Positions 25,269 to 35,205 of a DNA stretch of 64,000 nt are shown here, piece by piece (positions within the stretch are counted from its first letter, which is position 1; the number at the start of each line of letters is the position of its first letter). The position numbers were made by a program, and so were the translations under genes. The stretch is from an uncultured Phycisphaerales bacterium (GTDB taxonomy: Bacteria > Planctomycetota > Phycisphaerae > Sedimentisphaerales > Anaerobacaceae): positions 810,823 through 874,822 of the forward strand of contig CAVYYI010000003.1 of the NCBI GenBank assembly GCA_963772725.1, given 5' to 3'. Under the pieces are notes generated by a model. That model was not told the origin of the DNA and did no database searches. It saw only the letters and a program-made list of their open reading frames with translations.

Positions 25269-26885
25269 TTAATTGACGGCTTTTCGGATTGCCGCACAAA
25301 GCTTCTCTGTAGCGGAGCTTTTGGTAATGTAATCGACGGCACCGGCATTTCTCATGCTCCGAGCTACCGCCTCATCTTCGTGTATTGAAAGGCCTACTAT
25401 CTTCATATCGGGCATGCAGGCGATAATTTCTTTTGCGGCCTCAATGCCGTTCATTCTCGGCATATTTATATCCATCAAAATAACATCAGGCCTCAGCCGT
25501 CTTGCCTTTTCCACTGCTTCGATACCATCTACAGCTTCGCCTATAACTTCCATATCCAGTTCATGCAGGAGCAGTTCCCTCAGTCCCTTTCGAAGAATTG
25601 CATGGTCGTCAACCAAAAGCAGGCGAATTTTGCCGTCAGATTCATCAGCAGCTTGGCGAGAAACAACTGCGGCAGGTTTAACCCTGCCGGCTTTTAGCTT
25701 TTCAGACTTGGCCCATATAACAGGGACTTCGATAGTAATTTTCGAACCTTTCTGCGGCGCTGAATCAATAGAAAATTTTCCTTTGAGCATTTCGAGGCGG
25801 TTTCGAATATTGAACAGACCGAATCTTTCAGCTTTTTCATCATACTCATTTTTTTTCGCATCAAAACCTTTGCCATCGTCCTGAATAACCATGCGAATGT
25901 ATTGATTCTCAATCTTACTGAGACTTAATTTCGCACGCAACTGGCCGCTGTGTTTAACCGTGTTAAAGAGCAATTCTTTTGCGACGCCAAACAGAAGCAG
26001 ACTGATATCTTCAGGGATGGATTCGTACAGTGAGTTATCGAACTCTACTTGCAGATCATAATTTTTTCGCATTTGACCGAAGAGCCATTCGAGAGCGGCC
26101 GGCAGACCCGATTCATAAAGGACCGGCGGACTAAGTTCAACGGTTAGCGTTCTTGATGATTCGAGAGACTGTTTGAGAAATTCATCGATTTCCTGCAGCG
26201 ATTTTTTCCGGGAAGGATCTTTTTCAGTGCGAATAATTGCCTGGAGATTAAATTTGGCACCGGCGATTAGCTGCTGGAGATGGTCATGAAGCATCTGAGC
26301 AAGACGTCTTCTTTCCCGCTGTTCCGTTTGAGTAAGTTCAATGGCAAGAGCACGGAGCTGTTCATTTGCTTTTTCAAAAGATAGTGTCCTTTCTTTGACT
26401 CTCTTCTCAAGATTTTCATTAAGTTCTTTTAACCGCATATCGATTTGCTTGCGTTTCGTGATATCGCGGATATTGCATTGGATTACTCTTTCGTGATCGA
26501 CACGATATACATTGCTTACGAATTCCACATCCATATGGCGTCCGTCTTTTGTTTCGAGCGGCAGGTCTTCGTAGCGAACATAACCTTTAGTTTGCAATTT
26601 CAGAAAAGCTTTTTTCGACGCTGCAATATTTTTGAAAATACCAATCTCCCAGAGCTTCTTATCTAAAAACTCTTTGCGTGAGTAGCCTAACATTTCAATT
26701 AGGAATGGGTTAACATCGACTATCTGTCCTGTGTCCACTTCCAGAATTAGTATCCCATCACGGGCTGCCTCAAAGAGCCTGCGATAACGGTGTTCCGAAG
26801 CCAGCAATGCCTGCTCGAAAGCCAGTTTTTTAGGCTGGACTGCTTTAACTAAGGTCTCCGTTTCCTTGCCAAACCTCTCGCTCAT
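25269..26885 (-). CDS. Hybrid PAS / HisKA_3 histidine kinase / receiver protein
   Basis: PAS; ERRRLAQMLHDHLQQ; ELLFNTVKHS; DDGKGF; C-terminal REC (LVDDH, ILMDINMP). Confidence 0.88.
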   Translation of the reverse strand: MSERFGKETETLVKAVQPKKLAFEQALLASEHRYRRLFEAARDGILILEVDTGQIVDVNPFLIEMLGYSRKEFLDKKLWEIGIFKNIAASKKAFLKLQTKGYVRYEDLPLETKDGRHMDVEFVSNVYRVDHERVIQCNIRDITKRKQIDMRLKELNENLEKRVKERTLSFEKANEQLRALAIELTQTEQRERRRLAQMLHDHLQQLIAGAKFNLQAIIRTEKDPSRKKSLQEIDEFLKQSLESSRTLTVELSPPVLYESGLPAALEWLFGQMRKNYDLQVEFDNSLYESIPEDISLLLFGVAKELLFNTVKHSGQLRAKLSLSKIENQYIRMVIQDDGKGFDAKKNEYDEKAERFGLFNIRNRLEMLKGKFSIDSAPQKGSKITIEVPVIWAKSEKLKAGRVKPAAVVSRQAADESDGKIRLLLVDDHAILRKGLRELLLHELDMEVIGEAVDGIEAVEKARRLRPDVILMDINMPRMNGIEAAKEIIACMPDMKIVGLSIHEDEAVARSMRNAGAVDYITKSSATEKLCAAIRKAVN

Positions 26886-26991
26886 ACTTCTACCTCCAAA
26901 ACCTTTCGGCCTACGTACCATAATTTAACAATATCTTATTTGTGTTTAGAATCCACCTAACTGGTGGTTCTTTACTCTTTCATAATTGGTG

Positions 26992-27393
26992 CTATTTCCA
27001 CAGGTCATCCAGACCATCAGAAGACCGTAACCAGTTTGTAGCCTGCTCGAAATCGACAAAAGCTGATATCTTAAATCCGCTGATATTTGCACACATTTCC
27101 AAGAAGACCGCCTTGTTGAACTGTTCATCGTCTCTGGCCAGAACAGCAATTTTGTTTCGAAACGCCGACCTGTGTTTTTCCAGTTCAAGAACTATTTCCC
27201 ACATGTCATTATGGTCCATGTTGCCATAGGCTTCCCGCACATCCAGCAATAGTTCATAATCGTCGGTACAATTGACCATTTTTACAATTTGGCCAAGCCC
27301 TATTTTGCTTTGCTCCAAATCCAACTCTCCAGTGGGTTTAGCCCTTATAAAATCTTTGGCATGGATTATCTTATAGTTTATTTGCATTTTCAT
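26992..27393 (-). CDS. Small hypothetical protein (STAS/SpoIIAA-like)
   Basis: 133 aa; LLLDVRE, KIAVL, C-terminal EQATNWL pattern. Confidence 0.55.
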   Translation of the reverse strand: MKMQINYKIIHAKDFIRAKPTGELDLEQSKIGLGQIVKMVNCTDDYELLLDVREAYGNMDHNDMWEIVLELEKHRSAFRNKIAVLARDDEQFNKAVFLEMCANISGFKISAFVDFEQATNWLRSSDGLDDLWK

Positions 27394-27422
27394 TTATTCC
27401 AAATAATACCCTATGTGCTGTC

Positions 27423-27671
27423 CTATACGATTAGGTCATCAAGAAGGTGGTCAAGAGCAACGTTCAATCGCTCATCAATGTCGTATGTGCCTTCGGCAAG
27501 CTGTTGCCGAACCTCAAGAATTTTCTTCTTACGAACCAGCGGCAGTAAATGATTTTTCGCTGGAGCGGTTATTCTCCCTCGAGCCTTGTTGCCGAAACCC
27601 CAATCCAAATAGACATCTGTGTTCTCATCCATTACAGTCGACTCATTATTTTGTTGACTTAAATCTGACAT
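27423..27671 (-). CDS. FlgM-like anti-sigma factor
   Basis: C-terminal KKILEVRQQLAEGTYDIDERLNVALDHLLDDL resembles the FlgM sigma-binding region. Confidence 0.6.
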   Translation of the reverse strand: MSDLSQQNNESTVMDENTDVYLDWGFGNKARGRITAPAKNHLLPLVRKKKILEVRQQLAEGTYDIDERLNVALDHLLDDLIV

Positions 27672-27722
27672 TTTAGACTCATTTATACCTATATAAATTC
27701 ACCAAAACTGATTTTAGACATC

Positions 27723-28772
27723 TTACTTTTTCGTCGATGAAATGTTCAGTTTCTCAATCAGCCGATTCAGTGTCCGCCTTTCGATGCCGAGAATCTTGGC
27801 CGCCGCCATTTTGCGACCGCTGGTGAACTCAAGGGTTTGAGTAATAATCCTGTGTTTCACTTCATCGAGAGTAGGCAACTCGTGTTTCGGATAAGACGGC
27901 GAGTCAGCCACTATAATTTCAAAAGGTAGCACCACAGGCTGAATTTCCACCCCTGTCGTCAGAACATAAGCACGCTCGATGGCATTTGCAAGCTCTCGAA
28001 CATTGCCAGGCCAGGAATAATTCAAAAACAGTTTCTTAACAGCAGAACTTAAAACTTTCGGCGGTTCAACATAAAACATCGCCTGATTCGCCAGAAAGTA
28101 TTCAGCAAGAGGTAGAATGTCTTCCCTTCGCTGGCGGAGCGGCGGTATCTCAAGATTAACCACGTTTAACCGATAATATAAATCAGCACGAAATATGCCC
28201 TCCTTAACCATCCTTGACAAATTACGATTGGTAGCACACAAAATCCTAACATCTACAGGGCACGGCTTTGTTGAACCGAGCGGAGTTACCATCCCCTCCT
28301 GAAGAACACGCAGCAACTTGGTCTGAAGTTCCAACGGCATTTCACTTATCTCGTCAAGAAAAATTGTACCGCCGTCAGCCGCCCTGAAAAACCCAAGCGT
28401 ATTATCAACAGCACCTGTAAAGGCCCCTTTCGTATGACCGAACAACTGGCTTTCAAACAACTGCCCCGTTAGTGTAGTACAATCAACAGGAACAAATACT
28501 TTGTCGACACGGCCGCTAGCCCTGTGAATTTGCCTAGCGACCATTTCCTTACCGACACCGGTTTCACCAGTTATTATTACAGAACATCTTCGGGCGGCAA
28601 TGGCTTTTATCAATTCGATAATAGAACTGAATGCGGCAGACCCCCCTATAAAATCAGCATCATCAAATCTTTGGAAACGAAGGCTGTGCGCAGAACTTCT
28701 ACTTAACCTGTCTCCAGCATCAAATTCAGACAATGCCGTTCTCTTCTCTTCTCTATTAGTTAAGATTTTCAT
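27723..28772 (-). CDS. Sigma54-dependent enhancer-binding protein without a regulatory domain
   Basis: GETGVGKE, GAFTGA, FLDEI, WPGNVREL, Fis-type HTH; only ~40 aa precede the AAA+ domain. Confidence 0.9.
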   Translation of the reverse strand: MKILTNREEKRTALSEFDAGDRLSRSSAHSLRFQRFDDADFIGGSAAFSSIIELIKAIAARRCSVIITGETGVGKEMVARQIHRASGRVDKVFVPVDCTTLTGQLFESQLFGHTKGAFTGAVDNTLGFFRAADGGTIFLDEISEMPLELQTKLLRVLQEGMVTPLGSTKPCPVDVRILCATNRNLSRMVKEGIFRADLYYRLNVVNLEIPPLRQRREDILPLAEYFLANQAMFYVEPPKVLSSAVKKLFLNYSWPGNVRELANAIERAYVLTTGVEIQPVVLPFEIIVADSPSYPKHELPTLDEVKHRIITQTLEFTSGRKMAAAKILGIERRTLNRLIEKLNISSTKK

Positions 28773-28844
28773 TTCTATCCTCTTCGAAAAATTATTAACA
28801 TAGCTTTCATACCCCTACCTACGAAACCTTGTTGCTTTTGGAAT

Positions 28845-28860
28845 AGCAAATCTATTGCCT
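28845..28860 (-). promoter_or_regulatory. Putative sigma54 -24/-12 promoter
   Basis: Minus strand AGGCAATAGATTTGCT = GG-N10-GC, ~70 bp upstream of the activator gene. Confidence 0.55.
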
Positions 28861-28977
28861 GTCCGGCGTCAATTATAATTTCCCTTCAACGACAGTTATT
28901 TTTACCGTTACTTCATAACACTTACCTTAGCTTATAGCCTTTAGGAGGTGCCCCCATGGGGGGCAAAATTTCGGACA

Positions 28978-29742
28978 TTACGTGTCCTTATTTTTCCGTC
29001 TCTGAGCTTCCTCAGCTCGGTAGCTCGGTACATTCAATTCAAGGATCACACTATGATGTACCAGCCGGTCAATCGCTGCTGCAGTGGTCATCGGATCCTT
29101 AAAGATGACTTCCCATTTACTGAACGGCAGATTGCTGGTAATCAACACGCTGCCACGTTCATAACAATGAGCTAATAAGGTAAACAGCACCTCCATCTCC
29201 TCGCGGTTCTGTTTGACATAGCCGAAGTCATCTATCATCAATGCCTCGTACTGTGACAGCTTCTTGAGCCATTTGTCCAGCTTCAACTCCTGCTTGGCTC
29301 GTAATAACTCCTGCAACATCATATCACACGTAGTAAAGTAAACCTTTTTTCCCTGCCGGGCAAGTTCATGACAGATACCACACAGTAAATGTGTCTTACC
29401 GCTGCCGGGTTTGCCAAATGCAAGAATATTCTCTGTTCTGTCAACAAATGAACCTTCCAAAAGAATTTTGACCTGCTGACGTATCTTCAACGGCATACGT
29501 TTAAAATCAAAGTTTGCCATGGTCTTTTCCATAGGAAGCTTTGAGGCTTTTACCAGCCTTGCGATTTTATTGGCTCTGCGAACATCACACTCACGCTGAG
29601 CCAATTCCAATAGATATTGTGAATAACCCATATCTTCGGCGATAGCCTTCTGAGCGAACTCGGCGTAATATTCACGGAACATCGGCAGGTGAAGTTCTTT
29701 GAGAAGGTTTACAAGCTGATTATCCAGATCATTTTTACTCAT
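28978..29742 (-). CDS. istB: IS21 helper ATPase
   Basis: GKPGSGKTHL, LMIDDFGY, TSNLPFSKW, AAIDRLVHH. Confidence 0.93.
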   Translation of the reverse strand: MSKNDLDNQLVNLLKELHLPMFREYYAEFAQKAIAEDMGYSQYLLELAQRECDVRRANKIARLVKASKLPMEKTMANFDFKRMPLKIRQQVKILLEGSFVDRTENILAFGKPGSGKTHLLCGICHELARQGKKVYFTTCDMMLQELLRAKQELKLDKWLKKLSQYEALMIDDFGYVKQNREEMEVLFTLLAHCYERGSVLITSNLPFSKWEVIFKDPMTTAAAIDRLVHHSVILELNVPSYRAEEAQRRKNKDT

Positions 29743-31226
29743 ACCAGTAGTGCCTCCGCCGATTCAAGTAGACAGTCATAACTGTTCAGATCAATATCGC
29801 CAACACAAACGTCAGTGACATCCGGCGGCTGTTGTTCGGATTTGACTATTTGTTCTACCATATCAAAATCAATCGCATCTGCATGGTTGATCAGGAACCG
29901 CAAAGCTTCATTGACAGATGTCTGGCTTTCGTTGGCAGCTAATTCAAGAATTTTCAGATACTGCTTATTACCCTGCTTCATCCCATGTTGATCACGCAGG
30001 AGATCATATGCGATCCTGAACTGACTTGTGGGAAACATATCATCTTTATAGCAATAGTTCTCAAACGCCCCGGGTTTGCGAACAAGGGTATCTATAACGT
30101 GGCGGTAATTGATGTAATGACCGTTTTCACCGTGTAATCTGGGCAATACTTCAATTCTTCTTTGAGCATACCAGACTTCGATATGTTCGGCATATATTCG
30201 AACGTCAACATTTTCTCCCCTAAGCCTGCTGTGAACAGAATAGCTGTTCTTAAGAACTCGGACCGTGCAGCCACGACTTACCCTGCATTTATCCCTGGTG
30301 AAATCTTCATGCCTGCGGGTTGGCAATTGCCGCAGAACCTTTAACTCTTCGGCCAAGAGTTTTGTGCGGCCGGTATTGAGTTGGTCGAGCAGCTTTTCAA
30401 GAAACATTTCATAATCTTTCCTGCTGTTAAAATCTCTGCTTCCTCTAAGGATTAACGCCTGTTCAACAGCTCTCTTTAACCTGTGATGACGCTGCTCTAT
30501 ATCGCCGTTTTCATTCGGACAGTGAGGCTGGATTTTACAGCTTTGGAAACCATAATGATTCGCAAGACCCTGATAGTTAGCCGTGAATTCCTCAGGATTG
30601 CCTACCTTGTTAACCGCACAGGTTAAATTATCAGTCCTATGATAGCGTGGTATGCCGCCTAACTTCCAGAGGGCATTTTGAATACCGGCACTTAAACTTT
30701 CATAGCTTTCTGAAAAACATACCGTGACGGTTTCCCAGTTCGACAAACACAATACAAAATGGTACAGCATGTGAATAAAAGGTATGCCGCAAATGGTGAT
30801 ACCCAGCTTATTCATCCTGGTAAAGTCTGATTCGCACCATTGGCCGGGTTTATAGATTTGTGGAAAAAACACTTCCTGAGCCGGACCGGACAAGGCTTTC
30901 CATTGTTTTACTCGTCTCTGGAAGGTTCTTAATTCGCTGTCCTGGTATTTACCGGGATATTCACGCTGCAGAGCCTCAAAAAGCGATTTAGATTCAAGAC
31001 CGGAGTTGTTTTTGAGGAATTCTTCAACCCATGGCCAATCCCCTGCAAAGGCATCCGGATGGGTGGGCCAGTCGTGGATAGCTTGGCATTGGCTGGGCAG
31101 CACGCCCGTTTTTAAATACTTGCGGGCGGTTTTAGTGCTTATACCAGCCTTGTCTGCAAGCTGATATAAGGTCTTGCATTTGTTTTTCATAGCGAACAAT
31201 CTCCTTACCTGTTTGTCTTTAACCAT
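29739..31226 (-). CDS. istA: IS21 transposase
   Basis: N-terminal HTH, ESDFT, RTDNL, ENGDIE, YSVHSR motifs. Confidence 0.92.
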   Translation of the reverse strand: MVKDKQVRRLFAMKNKCKTLYQLADKAGISTKTARKYLKTGVLPSQCQAIHDWPTHPDAFAGDWPWVEEFLKNNSGLESKSLFEALQREYPGKYQDSELRTFQRRVKQWKALSGPAQEVFFPQIYKPGQWCESDFTRMNKLGITICGIPFIHMLYHFVLCLSNWETVTVCFSESYESLSAGIQNALWKLGGIPRYHRTDNLTCAVNKVGNPEEFTANYQGLANHYGFQSCKIQPHCPNENGDIEQRHHRLKRAVEQALILRGSRDFNSRKDYEMFLEKLLDQLNTGRTKLLAEELKVLRQLPTRRHEDFTRDKCRVSRGCTVRVLKNSYSVHSRLRGENVDVRIYAEHIEVWYAQRRIEVLPRLHGENGHYINYRHVIDTLVRKPGAFENYCYKDDMFPTSQFRIAYDLLRDQHGMKQGNKQYLKILELAANESQTSVNEALRFLINHADAIDFDMVEQIVKSEQQPPDVTDVCVGDIDLNSYDCLLESAEALLV

Positions 31227-31329
31227 CTGAAATCTCCTGACTTAATGAGTTTCAGATAGCATATTCCAACTTTAATTCATCCGGAACTTTTAACTGTCGC
31301 CGGAAGGTAAGAATAATTGTCGCTGATCA

Positions 31330-31616
31330 ACACGAAGGTAAAACAGGGTGAAATCCAAACCGTTACCATCTCTCTGGAGAGAGGCGATTCTTTTAAGCAG
31401 GATGTGACGCTGGAAATTAAATTGTCCAAGGGCGAAGGCATCACTTTCGACCCGGCCAAAGTTATCGTCAAGGCCGGCGACAAACCGGATGTGCAACTCA
31501 CGATTACGGCGACTAAGGACGCTGCTCTCGGTGAGTATATCGTCTCTGTGAAGGGAACTCCGACAGTCGGCGAACCAACCTCAGTGGAATTCAACGTAAA
31601 GGTTGTCTCTCCGTAA
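31330..31616 (+). pseudogene. 5'-truncated beta-rich (Ig-like) protein
   Basis: ORF begins at the IS21 end; KDAALGEYIVSVKGTP pattern; no native start. Confidence 0.55.
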
Positions 31617-31723
31617 AACCGCTTTTTTTTGTTAAAATGATAGTATGTTTGACAATCAGTAAAGCGTATGTATGAAACTAAAACGAATTTACAATTATAA
31701 TACTGATTAAAAGGAAATTTAAC

Positions 31724-31822
31724 ATGAAATTAAACACAGTTTACAAGTATGTTTTGGTAATCGCCCTTTTTGCACTGGCAGTTTTTATGAACGGATGCCA
31801 TGGTTTTAGCGCTAACTGGTAA
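31724..31822 (+). CDS. 32-aa small lipoprotein/lipopeptide
   Basis: AAAGGA RBS; MKLNTVYKYVLVIALFALAVFMNG-CHGFSANW with basic N-region, hydrophobic core and lipobox-like MNGC; below the ORF-track cutoff. Confidence 0.65.
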   Translation: MKLNTVYKYVLVIALFALAVFMNGCHGFSANW

Positions 31823-31978
31823 AGGTTGGATTCACGCATTAGCGTTGAGTGTTTGACACCAGGCATGACGATAAAAATAGTAATGGGTACCTGCTGTTGT
31901 TTTTCTAAAATAACAAAGTTTGTTTGCGGTTGGTTGTATTTGAGCAGGCCACTTTACTACTGACGTTAAATAGAGATA

Positions 31979-32938
31979 ATGTGGTCCATGACAAAAGAAG
32001 CTGAACACGCAATAGACGTCGAGAAACTAACGAAACGTTACGGGAATCTACTGGCAGTCAACGACATATCGTTCACCGTCAGGAAAGGCGAAATGTTCGC
32101 TTTTCTGGGCCCTAACGGCGCCGGCAAGACCACTACCGTTGAGATAATTGAAACAATACGCACACCAACGTCGGGAAAGGTGAACCTTCTCGGGATGAAT
32201 GTCACGAAAAAGAAACGCAAAATCGTCCGCCGCATCGGCGTTCTCCCACAGGGGTTCAGCTCATTCGATAGGATAACAGTCAGGGAGACCATTCAGTATT
32301 ACTCAAGGCTTTTCAACTGCAGGAACACCGATATCGACGGGCTGATAGAGCTTGCGAACCTCAAGGATAAAAGCAAAGAGCAGTTCAAGAACCTCTCTGG
32401 AGGATTGAAGCAGCGCCTCGGAATTGCAATTGCGATCGTGAACAACCCCGAGGTCGTGTTCCTCGACGAGCCGACGACAGGGCTCGATCCCCGCGCAAGG
32501 CGTGAGGTATGGGATGTCCTGCTGGGTCTAAAGAAGAAAGGAAAGACGGTATTTCTCACCACACACTATATGGAGGAAGCAGAGCTTCTTGCAGACACTG
32601 TTGCAATAATCTCCAAGGGAAGTATAGTCGCGATTGGCTCTCCCGGTGAGCTTATAGGGAAGAATGCAAATTATCTGGTTCTTACGCTGCAGTCCGTTGA
32701 TGAAAAAGTCTTTGAAATCGTTCAGAAGATAGGTTTCGAGCCGGTCAATGCTAACCACAATAACATCAAGGTACGGGTGCAGCACCACGACGATGTCCAG
32801 AAGCTACTGAACGCCATCAAGGACGCAGGGGCATCATTCCTCAGCCTGGACGTTCGCAAACCTAATCTTGAAGAGGTTTTCCTGAAGCTCACCGGCGCAG
32901 CACTCCGCGGAGACCTTGCCGGGGAGGTGCCCCAATGA
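31979..32938 (+). CDS. ABC-2 type exporter ATP-binding protein
   Basis: GPNGAGKTT, LSGG, FLDEPTTGLDP. Confidence 0.92.
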   Translation: MWSMTKEAEHAIDVEKLTKRYGNLLAVNDISFTVRKGEMFAFLGPNGAGKTTTVEIIETIRTPTSGKVNLLGMNVTKKKRKIVRRIGVLPQGFSSFDRITVRETIQYYSRLFNCRNTDIDGLIELANLKDKSKEQFKNLSGGLKQRLGIAIAIVNNPEVVFLDEPTTGLDPRARREVWDVLLGLKKKGKTVFLTTHYMEEAELLADTVAIISKGSIVAIGSPGELIGKNANYLVLTLQSVDEKVFEIVQKIGFEPVNANHNNIKVRVQHHDDVQKLLNAIKDAGASFLSLDVRKPNLEEVFLKLTGAALRGDLAGEVPQ

Positions 32939-34047
32939 GTTTACGTGTCATCGGCGCAAATCTCATCGTGAGCATCAAGAGCTTCTACCGTGAGAAAACG
33001 GCAGTGTTCTTCAGGGTTGCTTTCCCTGTACTCCTGATACTCGTGTTCGGCACGATTTTCATGAACCAGGATAATGTGCGTTTCGATTTTTACGTGCAGG
33101 ACCTCGACGAGACTAATTTGTCTGCAGAGCTTGTCAGGACCCTCGAGCACAACGAGAAGTTCAAGATAACCAAGGTTGACCCGGCCATCAACGCCACGCA
33201 GTACGCAAAGGAAAACAAGCTAAATCTGGTCGTGGTTATTCCCAAGAACTATGAAAAGTCCCTCATACAGAGGATGAAACACAAAGACCTCACTGCTTCC
33301 GTTACAATTACATACATATACGACCCCAGTTCTACTTCGGTGGACACGAAGATGCAAATCCTGAACTCGGTTTTCGCCGAGATAAACCAGAAGATGTCCG
33401 GCAAGCCTCCGTTTATCACGCCAGACAAGTCATCGATACTCAATAGAAAATACCGATTCATCGATTTCTTCGTCCCAGGCATAATCGCGATGACGGTAAT
33501 GACGGCGAGCCTGTTCGGTGCGGTAAACGTTAACGCTGAGCTTCGGCAAAAAGGCGTTATCAAAAAACTATCCACCACCCCCATCACCCATACCGACTGG
33601 ATACTGTCGAACGTTCTGTACCAGTTCCTGCTTTCGGTCATCTCTACGATTTCGATACTAATAGTGAGCTACGCAGTCTTTGACGTTAGTCTTCAGTTGA
33701 ATTTCTGGCTGCCTGTGTTCGTTGTGCTTGACGTCTTCGCGTTCGTCGGGATAGGGATGATACTCACCCGCGTCGCGAAGGAAGCGGAGAGCGCCGCCGC
33801 TGCGGCAAACGCCATAATGTTCCCGATGATGTTCCTCTCGGGGACATTCTTTCCCGTCGAGATGATGCCGGGGTTCCTGCAGAAGTTCTCCAGGATACTG
33901 CCTCTGTACTATGTGAACGAGGGACTTCGGGGATCTATGATATTTCTGGACAATATGATTGCATTGCGTTGCTCTGTGATTATAGGGGTTTTCGCCGCCG
34001 TGGTCTTCGTACTGGGCATGATGACTACCAAATGGGAAGAAGGGTAG
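32935..34047 (+). CDS. ABC-2 type exporter permease
   Basis: Multiple TM segments, FPMMFLSGTFFP; overlaps the ATPase stop. Confidence 0.9.
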   Translation: MSLRVIGANLIVSIKSFYREKTAVFFRVAFPVLLILVFGTIFMNQDNVRFDFYVQDLDETNLSAELVRTLEHNEKFKITKVDPAINATQYAKENKLNLVVVIPKNYEKSLIQRMKHKDLTASVTITYIYDPSSTSVDTKMQILNSVFAEINQKMSGKPPFITPDKSSILNRKYRFIDFFVPGIIAMTVMTASLFGAVNVNAELRQKGVIKKLSTTPITHTDWILSNVLYQFLLSVISTISILIVSYAVFDVSLQLNFWLPVFVVLDVFAFVGIGMILTRVAKEAESAAAAANAIMFPMMFLSGTFFPVEMMPGFLQKFSRILPLYYVNEGLRGSMIFLDNMIALRCSVIIGVFAAVVFVLGMMTTKWEEG

Positions 34048-34180
34048 CGATATCGGATCACAGATTGTCGAATAATTGTAGTCTTATATCGTAGTGTTAG
34101 AAATTGGCAAAAAAAGGTTCGTGCTTATAGAGAAGTTGCTTCTTAACAGAGCGGCTCATACATTCAGGTAAATAATATTT

Positions 34181-35143
34181 ATGATGGCAAATTGGAAATT
34201 TAGGCTCAATATTAAAGACAAGACAACCAGGTACTTGTTGTCATTGGTCAAGAATGGCATGGTCTTTTATCCGTACTACAGATATCATTTTCCGCTGCCG
34301 TCTGTGATAATGCTCGAGAATACAAACTGCTGCAACTCACAGTGTGTTATGTGCCCTCGTGAAAAGCTCACAAGAAAACCGGGCTTTATGGATTTTGGAT
34401 TATTCGAGAAGATAATTAAAGAAGTGTCCAGTATGAGGCGCAAACCCGTTACACATTTACACGGGTTTGGAGAGCCGCTTTTAGATACATTATTACCAGA
34501 GAGGATAAAGCTGGCAAAGGTTTGTGGAATAAAGCATACTTATATTGTGACTAACGCTTCATTACTTTGCCCTGAGACATCGAAAAAGCTCATTAACGCG
34601 GGATTAGATAAGATGAAGATTAGTTTTTACGGAACCGATGAAGAATCATATAATTCAACCATGAGGAGGCTGAATTTTAAGGTTACTTTTCAAAATATTA
34701 TAGATTTTTTGAGGATAAGGAAAGAAATGAAGAGAAAGAACCCGCAGCTAATACTTCAATATATTCCTCACGAAACAAATAATGCCAAGACGGAGGAGTT
34801 TAAAGTTCTGTGGAACTCTTTAATTGACAAGAATGCCGGTGATTGTTTGAATATCACATCTTTGCATAACTATGGCGGCGGGAGAGCTTATAACCGTGTA
34901 GGGGAAAGAATAGTTTCTATCTGTTTTTACCCCTGGACAGCTATGACAGTGCTCTGCGATGGCCGGGTCGTTACCTGTTGTATGGATTATAATGGTGTCC
35001 AGGTCATGGGAGACCTTAATTCCCAGACTGTTAAAGAAATTTGGAATGGGCCAGTGCTATCTTCGGTCAGAAGGAAATTTGGAAAGTTGGAGTATAACAG
35101 TTTTCCGACCTGTATGTGCTGCGATTGGGTAAATAGGAGTTAA
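34181..35143 (+). CDS. Radical SAM protein with SPASM/Twitch domain
   Basis: CNSQCVMC, GFGEPLL; C-terminal CFYPW...DGRVVTCC.D...IWNG...CMCC. Confidence 0.9.
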   Translation: MMANWKFRLNIKDKTTRYLLSLVKNGMVFYPYYRYHFPLPSVIMLENTNCCNSQCVMCPREKLTRKPGFMDFGLFEKIIKEVSSMRRKPVTHLHGFGEPLLDTLLPERIKLAKVCGIKHTYIVTNASLLCPETSKKLINAGLDKMKISFYGTDEESYNSTMRRLNFKVTFQNIIDFLRIRKEMKRKNPQLILQYIPHETNNAKTEEFKVLWNSLIDKNAGDCLNITSLHNYGGGRAYNRVGERIVSICFYPWTAMTVLCDGRVVTCCMDYNGVQVMGDLNSQTVKEIWNGPVLSSVRRKFGKLEYNSFPTCMCCDWVNRS

Positions 35144-35205
35144 GCAAATATGAAGATTATCGTAATGATAAGCCCCTAAATTGTAACGGTGATAAGGAAA
35201 TACTA

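Larger units (their letters stand above)
28860..31329 (-). mobile_element. IS21-family element
   Basis: istA/istB; IRs TGTCCGGCGTCAATTATAATT / TGATCAGCGACAATTATTCTT; no flanking DR. Confidence 0.9.
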
